Shown here piece by piece: positions 27,931-35,703 of a stretch of 35,703 bases of DNA (positions are counted from its first letter, which is position 1; every line of letters starts with the position of its first letter). The translations under genes were made by a program, and so were the position numbers. Below the pieces are notes generated by a model. The model had not been told where the DNA came from, ran no database searches, and was given only the letters and a program-made list of their open reading frames with translations. The stretch covers positions 1-35,703 of IMG/VR virus record IMGVR_UViG_3300020381_000024; one strand, 5' to 3'. The stretch is from a virus (taxonomy: Duplodnaviria; Caudoviricetes).

Positions 27931-29208
27931 CTATCTACCGACTTCACCTAGAAACTTTTCTTTACATTCTTCCCATGATAAGAAACAAAGTTCGTCATAG
28001 AATAAAGTTTCATTTAGATTTATTCTGTCATTGTTGATAAGATTATTGATACGTTTTCTGGCATATTTTTCTTTCCAGAGTTCCGATAATGCTTCTGTAC
28101 TTGTATCAATTGACTTAACAAGTTGATTCTCTTCTATCTCACCTCGTAAGAATTCACGTGAATTATCATAGAGTGATGACCAATAGATACCTCTTTGATG
28201 GTCTGACTTGATAATATCTTTAGGTATATCAAGTCTAGAATACATAAATTGTCTCATACGATTACGATGGTCTCTCTTAAGAGTTTGACCATTTTCTCTT
28301 TTTGCAACATAGAGTAAGAAGTATCTGTCGTTGTAATGTTTTTCAGCATACTTCAACATTTCTTTTTCAGTGTCTTTGGTCAATTCATATGATAGAGAAC
28401 CTTTACTATAACCCATTTTCTTCCAATGTTTCAGTCTATCGTATTGTGATAGACCACCTGTTTTTGCTTTACCATACAAAGATGTTGTTGTTACTGAGAC
28501 GAGAGTATCGCCATAATTTTCTTTCCATTGACGTTGAACATCATCGGATAAACATAGAAGTGCCAATAGTTTTCCACCTGTATAATTGAAACCAAGTGGC
28601 TGAAGGGGAACAATCGTTGAACCGATGGCACTATTATTGAGTTTACCACTATTAGTTTTGTATTCTCTTTCCCAACCAATATGGTCGTCTCTAGGTGTTA
28701 AATCAATGAAGTCACCTGTAATACAAATGACACCTAGATATTTGCCTGTCGCTTTATCTCTTATAAGATAATGTAGATTACGACCAATGTTTGAACTATT
28801 TTTCATAGTTGATGTCATTGTTCTAACACAATTCCATTTTTCTGTTAGAGTACCTGCTGATTGATTGTCTTTGATACTATCGGTGTATACAAGTTCAGGT
28901 TGTAACTTTTCAAAATCCATTGGGTCTTCTGGAAACCAAATGTTGTTCTTTGATTCGTTAATTAATTTTTCATGTTCAGGATTTACAAGTTGCTGTTCTA
29001 CGCCGAACAATGTAGATGTCTCTTGAGTTGGATATTTCATTTGAATTTCTAACCACTTCTGATAAAGAGTATACTCTTCAACACCCATTTGTGAAACATA
29101 AGATAAATCGTCTATAATTTTTTGACGAAGTTCATCTTTTTCAAGTACGTCTTTTTCTACAAAATTTTCTTGATAACTATCGTATTGTTTTTGTACAAAT
29201 GCTTCCAT
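27931..29208 (-). CDS. DUF4338/DruA-like protein
   Basis: GRNLHYLIRD...YLGVI...RDDHIGW...FNYTGGKLLALL...TTTSLYG...SQYDRL..W..MGYSKG. Confidence 0.75.
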   Translation of the reverse strand: MEAFVQKQYDSYQENFVEKDVLEKDELRQKIIDDLSYVSQMGVEEYTLYQKWLEIQMKYPTQETSTLFGVEQQLVNPEHEKLINESKNNIWFPEDPMDFEKLQPELVYTDSIKDNQSAGTLTEKWNCVRTMTSTMKNSSNIGRNLHYLIRDKATGKYLGVICITGDFIDLTPRDDHIGWEREYKTNSGKLNNSAIGSTIVPLQPLGFNYTGGKLLALLCLSDDVQRQWKENYGDTLVSVTTTSLYGKAKTGGLSQYDRLKHWKKMGYSKGSLSYELTKDTEKEMLKYAEKHYNDRYFLLYVAKRENGQTLKRDHRNRMRQFMYSRLDIPKDIIKSDHQRGIYWSSLYDNSREFLRGEIEENQLVKSIDTSTEALSELWKEKYARKRINNLINNDRINLNETLFYDELCFLSWEECKEKFLGEVGR

Positions 29209-29210
29209 AA

Positions 29211-30590
29211 TTATACTTTAAAGTCGTTAAATCTATTTGCTCTATCCATAACAGGTGTATCTTCATTGGTATCAACACTATCAATAAGTTCTTCCTGTGC
29301 TTCTTGTTCAACGTCATAGAACTTCATTCTACTTCTGTCGACACCGATAACAAATCGTTTGAAGATTGTAGGGTCATTATATCGATTCTTTAATTGTTTT
29401 ACAACCATTTGGTCTAGGTCTTCGAGTTCTTCACTTGTAATCAATGCAAACATTAAGTCAGCAGTTGCAGGCAAACCAAAGGATTCGGAAGTATCTTCGA
29501 GACCAATATCTGTTGAACCATAACCACTTCTTGTAGTTTGTGTTGCACTGACAATAGGCACATCAAACTCAACTGCAAGACCACGAAGTTCTTCTGCAAT
29601 ACTTTTTACAAGTGTGTAAGAGTTTGCACCAGCACCAGGTCGAATACGATACGATGCACAAATGTTTAGATAATCAATAAAGATAATATCTGGTTGAAAA
29701 TCTTTCTTGATATCGAGTTCTTGTAATAGATGTCTGAAATGACCAACATGAGCAGATGCAGTTGGATATTCTTTGACAATCAGTTTACCATTTGTTTTGT
29801 TTTTCAATCTATCAATCTTTGTTGAGAATTGTTTCTTTGATAATTCTGGTATATCTTTAATTGGAATGTTCAAAGTATTTGCATCAATTCTTTCTGCAAT
29901 CTTTTCTTCTGACATTTCCATTGTGAGATACAAAACATTTTTACCCATGAGTAAACAAGACGATGCTTGGTGACACATGAACATAGATTTACCAACACCT
30001 GTACCTGCAAGACAAATGTTCAATGTTTTGTTTGGAAGACCACCTTTCGTAATCTTGTTAAAGTATTCTAAATCAAAAGGAATCTTTTCTTCTTCTTTGT
30101 TATAAAAGTCAAATCTTTCATCTGCATCTTCAATAACATCGTGACCGATGTGAGTATCAAATGATACAGAGAGAGCATCTTTGAGTAATTCTGGTATCTC
30201 ACCTGTTGACCTCTGAGACTTCTTATCAATGACATCAATAGATGACATAACTGCTAGATAGATTGCTCTATCTTTGCACCATTGTTCTGTCTCATTAACT
30301 ACCCATTCAAAAGGTGACTCATCGGTATCGGCACTTAATTTCTCCAATAGTTGTTGAGATTCACCAATCGTTTTGTCATTGACATTGATTGATTTATCTA
30401 GATTTATGAGAAGTGCTTCAACGGTTGGATTTTTAGTATAAGTATCGAAATACTCTTTAACTAAATTAAAGAGTAATTGTTCCGATGAGTCGGTGAAATA
30501 TTCTGATTTGAGAAAAGGTATTACTTTACGTGTATACTCTTCAGACTGAATCAGATTCTTCAGTATCGTCTGTTCTATTCTTGTTTCCAT
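29211..30590 (-). CDS. gp41: replicative DNA helicase (T4 gp41)
   Basis: [44 protein letters not shown]. Confidence 0.97.
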   Translation of the reverse strand: METRIEQTILKNLIQSEEYTRKVIPFLKSEYFTDSSEQLLFNLVKEYFDTYTKNPTVEALLINLDKSINVNDKTIGESQQLLEKLSADTDESPFEWVVNETEQWCKDRAIYLAVMSSIDVIDKKSQRSTGEIPELLKDALSVSFDTHIGHDVIEDADERFDFYNKEEEKIPFDLEYFNKITKGGLPNKTLNICLAGTGVGKSMFMCHQASSCLLMGKNVLYLTMEMSEEKIAERIDANTLNIPIKDIPELSKKQFSTKIDRLKNKTNGKLIVKEYPTASAHVGHFRHLLQELDIKKDFQPDIIFIDYLNICASYRIRPGAGANSYTLVKSIAEELRGLAVEFDVPIVSATQTTRSGYGSTDIGLEDTSESFGLPATADLMFALITSEELEDLDQMVVKQLKNRYNDPTIFKRFVIGVDRSRMKFYDVEQEAQEELIDSVDTNEDTPVMDRANRFNDFKV

Positions 30591-31593
30591 ATTTAAAATA
30601 ACTATTCACTACTAATTCTAATCTTTCCATTACTTCTTCTGTAAAGTATTTTTCAGGATTATTATTAATTGTTTTACCAAATTCTGTTTTACCATTTGGT
30701 AGTTCAACTCTTGTTGATGACTTTTTAAAGACACCAGATGAGAGAGCTAAATCTAATAGACCATAATATCTATCTAGACCTTTGTCATAGGTTAGTCTTA
30801 CATCAACCATTCTGTTTTCAACGGTAAGTCTGCTCTTAGCATTCTTACAATGAATGATGTTACCAATAACTTCTGTACCTTCTTTCTCTTTTTTCTTTGA
30901 GAGATAGATGATTGAAGAAGCTGCATATTTAAGTCCTGAACCACCACCCATTTCTTTTTGTGGGAACATTGAACCGATTACATCGTAAGTATGATTAGTT
31001 ACAATCATAGGAACTTTTGCACGACCAAGTTTTAGTGTCAATACTCTAAATGCACCTTTGACTATCTGAGCTCGAGTCATATCTCTTGTCTCTTTACCTG
31101 CTGCTGTGTCTTCAATCTCTTTAGTAGTTGATAACATACCAAGAGAATCTAAACAAAACATCATTGGAGGTCTTTCTGACTCGTCTGTTTCTAGATATTT
31201 GTCAAGAATACTGATTGCCTGTTGTCTGAATTCTTGAACGGTAACTACAGGCACAATTACCACTCTGTTTGAATCGATTCCTCTTTCTTCTATCATTTCT
31301 TTTGTGATAGCAGATTCAGATTCGAAGTAGATAACAGCTGCATCTTTGTTGTCTTCTAAGAATTGTTTACACATTCCTAAGGCAAAATATGTTTTACCTG
31401 TAGCAGACTCACCTGCAATTGCTGTTATTTTGTTTTTAGGAAGTCCACCGTATAGTGAACCTGATAATAAGGCATTGAAAATGTAAGAACCACTATCTAC
31501 AAATGAATCTACATCGCCAGCTGCCACACCATCGGAAACAATATTTGCATATTCATTACCCGATGCTTTGACTAAGTCTTTTATAAATGACAT
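30541..31593 (-). CDS. uvsX: RecA-like recombinase UvsX
   Basis: [31 protein letters not shown]. Confidence 0.96.
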   Translation of the reverse strand: MSFIKDLVKASGNEYANIVSDGVAAGDVDSFVDSGSYIFNALLSGSLYGGLPKNKITAIAGESATGKTYFALGMCKQFLEDNKDAAVIYFESESAITKEMIEERGIDSNRVVIVPVVTVQEFRQQAISILDKYLETDESERPPMMFCLDSLGMLSTTKEIEDTAAGKETRDMTRAQIVKGAFRVLTLKLGRAKVPMIVTNHTYDVIGSMFPQKEMGGGSGLKYAASSIIYLSKKKEKEGTEVIGNIIHCKNAKSRLTVENRMVDVRLTYDKGLDRYYGLLDLALSSGVFKKSSTRVELPNGKTEFGKTINNNPEKYFTEEVMERLELVVNSYFKYGNKNRTDDTEESDSV

Positions 31594-31624
31594 AATTCAC
31601 ACCTCTCATAATTTTTATACAACT

Positions 31625-31653
31625 AGTATAACACTAGTTATATTATTCTTCAA
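31625..31653 (-). promoter_or_regulatory. sigma70-type promoter of uvsX
   Basis: TTGAAG-N17-TATACT; -10 lies inside an AACTAGT/ACTAGTT inverted repeat; SD GAGAGGTG downstream. Confidence 0.6.
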
Positions 31654-31804
31654 GTGACTTTTTGAGGTCACATAATCTATCTGTCTTCACATGCTCTTTC
31701 ATCATTTCGAGAAGCATTTTAAGTTGGGTTTCCATATGAATAATGAAACCAAACACAATAACAAATAAACCAAGATAGATACAATCTAATAACGAAACTA
31801 TCAT
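31643..31804 (-). CDS. small single-TM protein (53 aa)
   Basis: Manually translated MIVSLLDCIYLGLFVIVFGFIIHMETQLKMLLEMMKEHVKTDRLCDLKKSLEE; ATGA overlap. Confidence 0.65.
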   Translation of the reverse strand: MIVSLLDCIYLGLFVIVFGFIIHMETQLKMLLEMMKEHVKTDRLCDLKKSLEE

Positions 31805-32259
31805 ACGCTAAGTTCTCCTTGTATCTCGATTAATCCCTTTTCTTGAAGGATTTTTCTATTTTCTAAATGATTCTTTTCTATATCTTCTTTTGACTGACCA
31901 TCATAAACAACTGCCATATTTTCTTCAATCATTTGTGCATTTACACAATATTTCGTTTCATAAGATGGATGACCAACATTATCCCAACAATATAAATCTC
32001 CTAAAATTCTACCAAATTTGCCTTTGTCATGTGATATCAGTGTTACTTGTTCTGCATTTGATAACATTTCTTTTAAATGTTTTTTGGATAATTTACCGAA
32101 TTGTTTTTCTACTAAGTCTCTTGTTCGACTTTCAGGTGTATCGATACCTTTCATCCTCACTCTTTGTTTTTTATACATCATACCGAAACCTAAATCGATA
32201 TCTACATCTACCGTGTCGCCGTCTACTACTTTAACTATTTTTACTTTATATTCATACAT
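31801..32259 (-). CDS. thermonuclease (SNase) family protein
   Basis: VVDGDTV, RVRMKGIDTPE, GKFGRILG. Confidence 0.92.
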   Translation of the reverse strand: MYEYKVKIVKVVDGDTVDVDIDLGFGMMYKKQRVRMKGIDTPESRTRDLVEKQFGKLSKKHLKEMLSNAEQVTLISHDKGKFGRILGDLYCWDNVGHPSYETKYCVNAQMIEENMAVVYDGQSKEDIEKNHLENRKILQEKGLIEIQGELSV

Positions 32260-32261
32260 GA

Positions 32262-32702
32262 TTAGATTCCATTTTCAGGATATAGTTGGTTATGTTTTCT
32301 ATGTTTCATTTTTTCTTCCCAATTTTCAACTGCTCTTTTGATACCTTCTTCTGCTAGAACAGAACAATGTAATTTGATTGGTGGTAATTCAAGTGCTTCT
32401 GCAATCTCTTTATCTTTTATTTGTTTTGCTTCATCAATTGTTTTGCCTTTAAGCATTTCAACGAACATTGTTGATGATGCTATAGCACTTCCACAACCAT
32501 AAGTTTTAAATTTAACGTCTTCAATTACATCTGTATCAGGATTAAGTTTGATATCTAGTTTCATTACATCACCACATGCTGGTGCACCAACTAATCCTGT
32601 TGCTACGTTTGGGTCTTTTGGGTCAAATCGGCCTACGCCATGAGATTTAGGATTTTTTAAAACGTCTTCAAATCTATCAACCACTTTTTTACTATATGCC
32701 AT
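32262..32702 (-). CDS. iscU: Fe-S cluster scaffold IscU
   Basis: GAPACGDVM, KTYGCGSAIASS, LPPIKLHCS. Confidence 0.96.
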   Translation of the reverse strand: MAYSKKVVDRFEDVLKNPKSHGVGRFDPKDPNVATGLVGAPACGDVMKLDIKLNPDTDVIEDVKFKTYGCGSAIASSTMFVEMLKGKTIDEAKQIKDKEIAEALELPPIKLHCSVLAEEGIKRAVENWEEKMKHRKHNQLYPENGI

Positions 32703-32707
32703 GCTTC

Positions 32708-32715
32708 TATTTATC
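32708..32715 (-). promoter_or_regulatory. late promoter GATAAATA, 5 nt before the iscU ATG
   Basis: Contains the gp43 stop; conserved spacing; no SD. Confidence 0.55.
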
Positions 32716-35224
32716 CAAAGAAAGAATCAAGCGATGCGACTGGTTCAACATTCCAGTTAATAAGTTGAACAATATTCTTTAATGGTTCAACAAATGATTT
32801 ATCGAACTGCATATCATAATCTATGAATCTATGTAAATCAAATTCTCTTGGTAAACTTGTAGTAAATGAAATCACATTCTCATTGATTGGATTCGGCAAT
32901 GTAAGATATGTGAAATGAACTTTTTCGCCATTTTTAATTGTTTCGTATCTCATATCTAAATTTCTTTTATTTAATAGATTATTATATAGAAGAGAACCTC
33001 TGACATGAATTGGTGTCCCTTTAGCATAGATATTTGTACTATCTTGATATTGTATTAACCCTTTACAACCTCTAGGAAAAGCAACTTCTTCTGGAGTTAA
33101 TGTTCTAAATTCTTTTCTTGTTGTTTCAACAAACTCCCATAAATCTTGTTCTGATTTATTCATAACCACATTTAATGCTTCTTCTAGTTTGTTACGCACC
33201 CATTGAGGCGTTGATGACTTTGCAGTTTCGATGCCCATCATTTTTAGTTTAGGTTCTCTGAGTCTGACTCCTTCGTTGTCATGTACATTCAGAATGTATC
33301 TTTTCTTTGCAGTCCAAATACCTCTGTCTGCAATGACTTCTCTACCCATTTCCATTTTCTGTTGAAATGCATTAGTATATTCTGCAAGGTCTTTGAAACC
33401 ATCTGCAAGAGCTTCTTCGATTTTAGATTCTGCTTTTGATAAGAAGTCTATAATTTTTGTTTTTGGTGTATCTTCAGGAAATACTTTTTGTACAAATTTA
33501 TCCATTGAAAGATAAATTGAATCAGTGTCCATTGCAATGACATAATCTTCGTTCTCTGTTTTGAGAAGTTCGTTTAAATATGTGTTTGCAGTTTTCTCAG
33601 CCCATTTAATAATTAACTGACCTGACATTGTAATTGCTTCGGCAAGGTCAATACTAAAGAATGCAAAGTACTGGTTTGCCATGGCACCATAAGCAGAATT
33701 CAATGCAATCTTACGAACCTGTTGATTGTTGTATGCACGTTTGATAAGTGTATCGAGTTCTCTCTTACGTTTCACATCTTGCGTTGTTTGTCTCTCACTT
33801 TGATACTCAAGCATTTTTTTCTTCCATTCTTTTCTTTCTTCATAGAAAGTTTCCATGAGTTCAGGAAACATGCCTTGTTTTTCACGTGAAAATAAAACAC
33901 CATTTGGTGCAACAGCAGTATTTGTTTGTTTGCAGTATGATAAATCACATTTCTTATCAAGAAGTCTATCAATGTTGACATCTTGACGATTGCCTTTAAC
34001 AAGTTTCTCAGGCGAAATATTATACTGCATAATGATATGTGGATATAGAGAGTTTAAGTCAAACGACATAACCCAATTATGACCACCGACAAGTGGTTCT
34101 TTTACATATGCGCCAACAATTGGTTTGTTCTTGTCATTACCTGTCTTGAGTCTTTGTGGTGGTGTTTGTATACCTTGTTCTTTTAAGAAATTATAGATGA
34201 TAGTTTCCCAATATTTCACCATGCCAAATGTATCTGAGTAGTTACACTTTGCAGTATAAGCTTGAGACATCACCAACTCCATGAATCCTAGTTTGTTGTC
34301 GAGTTCTTCAACAAGAACAACATCACGAACATTGTATTCTAGGAACTTTGCATAGTCTTGTTTATATAATGTGTGTAGTGAACCATACTCTGAGTAATCA
34401 AGTTTACCTTTTCCTAGTTCTACGTGAGCAATATGGTCTAGTTTATATGATTCTTGATTGATAAATGTTTTCTTACGATACATTTCAAGATAGTCGATGA
34501 TATTAACACCAAGTAAATCAAATACTTGTTGTTTCTGATATCCCATTGTAGTGAATTCACGAACATTAGATTGACCCCATGGTGATAACTTTTTATGTTC
34601 ATCTTCACCCATGAGTCTGTCGATACGATTACAAAGATAGGTAATATCGAATGAGTTTACATTCCAACCTGTAACGATGTCAAACCATTCTGTTCTCCAG
34701 TATTTTATAAACTTTTGTAATAAATCGAATTCGTTTTTACAATTGTGATACGTTAAATTTTGATTGTGATTCCATTCTCCAATGCCAAAAACTTGTGGTT
34801 CTTTTCTGAATGGTTTGATTGTGATTGCATTAACTTTTTCAGATGCAAGCATTGGTTCTGGAAAACCATCTTCACACTCACACTCGATGTCAAGTGTAGC
34901 AATTTTTACTTTGTTGAAGTCCCATTGAATGTCACCTTGAAACTTGTCTGAGATATATGTGTAGACATATCTGTCGTAACCATGAATCTCAAAGCCTTCA
35001 ACACCTTCATATTTCTCACGGAACTTTCTTGCACCGCCCATTGAGTTGAGTTCGACAACTTCAAGTGGTCGACCATCAAGCGATTTATAAGGAGTTTGAC
35101 CTCGTTTTGAAAGAATAAAATGTTTAGGTCTATAAGCTACAGCAATCTTTTTCTTTATATTGCCTTGATAACCTTGAACTAGAATCTTGTCACGACTGCG
35201 ACAAACGTTTGTATAAAAATCCAT
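32711..35224 (-). CDS. gp43: family B DNA polymerase (T4 gp43)
   Basis: ExoI DIE, GWN..FD, YN..DV, DLNSLYP, KIALNSAYG, DTDS, KKRY; C-terminal clamp-binding SLDSFF. Confidence 0.98.
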   Translation of the reverse strand: MDFYTNVCRSRDKILVQGYQGNIKKKIAVAYRPKHFILSKRGQTPYKSLDGRPLEVVELNSMGGARKFREKYEGVEGFEIHGYDRYVYTYISDKFQGDIQWDFNKVKIATLDIECECEDGFPEPMLASEKVNAITIKPFRKEPQVFGIGEWNHNQNLTYHNCKNEFDLLQKFIKYWRTEWFDIVTGWNVNSFDITYLCNRIDRLMGEDEHKKLSPWGQSNVREFTTMGYQKQQVFDLLGVNIIDYLEMYRKKTFINQESYKLDHIAHVELGKGKLDYSEYGSLHTLYKQDYAKFLEYNVRDVVLVEELDNKLGFMELVMSQAYTAKCNYSDTFGMVKYWETIIYNFLKEQGIQTPPQRLKTGNDKNKPIVGAYVKEPLVGGHNWVMSFDLNSLYPHIIMQYNISPEKLVKGNRQDVNIDRLLDKKCDLSYCKQTNTAVAPNGVLFSREKQGMFPELMETFYEERKEWKKKMLEYQSERQTTQDVKRKRELDTLIKRAYNNQQVRKIALNSAYGAMANQYFAFFSIDLAEAITMSGQLIIKWAEKTANTYLNELLKTENEDYVIAMDTDSIYLSMDKFVQKVFPEDTPKTKIIDFLSKAESKIEEALADGFKDLAEYTNAFQQKMEMGREVIADRGIWTAKKRYILNVHDNEGVRLREPKLKMMGIETAKSSTPQWVRNKLEEALNVVMNKSEQDLWEFVETTRKEFRTLTPEEVAFPRGCKGLIQYQDSTNIYAKGTPIHVRGSLLYNNLLNKRNLDMRYETIKNGEKVHFTYLTLPNPINENVISFTTSLPREFDLHRFIDYDMQFDKSFVEPLKNIVQLINWNVEPVASLDSFFG

Positions 35225-35230
35225 GTAGTT

Positions 35231-35259
35231 ATTATACTACAAAGACTATTCGTTGAGAA
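35231..35259 (-). promoter_or_regulatory. sigma70-type promoter of gp43
   Basis: TTCTCA-N17-TATAAT-N6-ATG. Confidence 0.6.
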
Positions 35260-35488
35260 GGGACTTATCGGTATAATCTGAAAAATGTTTTGCAACCATA
35301 TCTTTAATATCTTGATAATGTGCAATTTGTTCTAATTCTTTTTCAATTGTTTCTATATGGTCTGAATGTTCTCCAACACCTACTGAGTTTTTACATTGAA
35401 CTAAAACATTTGTTTTATGCTTTGCTATATGTCCGTCTGCATGTGCAACAACTGATTTTAAAATATCGCCTGTCATGTCTTTCATCAT
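35246..35488 (-). CDS. conserved hypothetical protein of marine T4-like phages
   Basis: GHIAKHK.NV....NSVGVGEH motif. Confidence 0.75.
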   Translation of the reverse strand: MMKDMTGDILKSVVAHADGHIAKHKTNVLVQCKNSVGVGEHSDHIETIEKELEQIAHYQDIKDMVAKHFSDYTDKSLLNE

Positions 35489-35490
35489 TT

Positions 35491-35703
35491 TTATCCTTTT
35501 GCTACTTGGCCTCTGACATTATTTCCTGTTTGATTTTTGAAATTTGTCTCGAGTTGAGGTCTTGGTTCGAAGATAGTTTGAACACTATCTTTTGCTATTA
35601 TAAATTCATATTCTTTTGCATAAGGAATCCATGGTGCAAAGTTAACTTCCATTTTACCGCCTTCTGCAATAGTTAAAACTATTTGAGGTTCAACTATGTG
35701 AAC
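35491..35703 (-). CDS. hypothetical (Sm-like fold?) protein, 5' end outside the window
   Basis: Manually translated ...VHIVEPQIV...NFAPWIPYAKEYEF...FEPRPQLETNF...VAKG*. Confidence 0.6.
   Translation of the reverse strand, partial: VHIVEPQIVLTIAEGGKMEVNFAPWIPYAKEYEFIIAKDSVQTIFEPRPQLETNFKNQTGNNVRGQVAKG

Noticed and set aside
2160-27947. Longer N-termini in the ORF track (2195, 3684, 6027, 7028, 23010, 27947)
   Set aside because: Extensions overlap promoters or upstream genes; internal ATGs fit coupling, SD or promoter spacing better
27931-30590. Complete Druantia defence system
   Set aside because: The adjacent helicase is the T4 gp41 DnaB-type, not DruE; no druB-D candidates
8244-34002. Alternative-frame minus-strand ORFs (8244-8672, 21439-21621, 27353-27577, 28491-28679, 33772-34002)
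   Set aside because: Nested inside recognisable genes with no independent signals
4915-35224. Introns or inteins in nrdA, nrdB, gp41 or gp43
   Set aside because: ORFs are continuous, of normal length and lack splicing motifs
227-35676. All + strand ORFs in the supplied track
   Set aside because: Antisense shadows of well-supported minus-strand genes; Ser/Phe/Leu-rich with no motifs or RBS
1-35703. Stop-codon reassignment, CRISPR array or long tandem repeats
   Set aside because: TAA, TAG and TGA all end genes at sensible positions; no repeat-spacer periodicity seen by eye

Overview
AT-rich, gene-dense segment of a T4-like (Tevenvirinae/Kyanoviridae-related, probably marine) myophage genome. 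Every credible gene is on the minus strand; the + strand ORFs are antisense shadows. In transcription order (right to left): gp43 DNA polymerase, IscU, SNase, UvsX, gp41 helicase, a DruA/DUF4338-like protein, a GIY-YIG homing endonuclease, a stand-alone PseT-type phosphatase and a host-like lipoprotein. Next is a ~13 kb late-expressed block of probable head-packaged proteins that also holds a ligase-fold nucleotidyltransferase, a HIGH-nucleotidyltransferase/PNK-like kinase fusion, a ParB-like protein, an APH-like kinase, an aldolase, a cupin and a PAP2 phosphatase. Then come gp61 primase, nrdA, a 2OG-Fe(II) oxygenase, nrdB, glutaredoxin, small accessory genes, a structured non-coding segment with a terminator, and a late operon of cytochrome c plus two spanins. 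The spanins imply a Gram-negative host; IscU and NrdA look proteobacterial. Main leads: (1) a possible split, virion-delivered RNA end-healing/ligation system, (2) modular protease-processed head proteins, (3) systematic leaderless promoter-ATG architecture, (4) a phage-borne DruA-like protein beside the helicase, (5) cytochrome c coupled to the spanins, and (6) a candidate ncRNA. All family calls come from motif recognition by eye; no database search was run.
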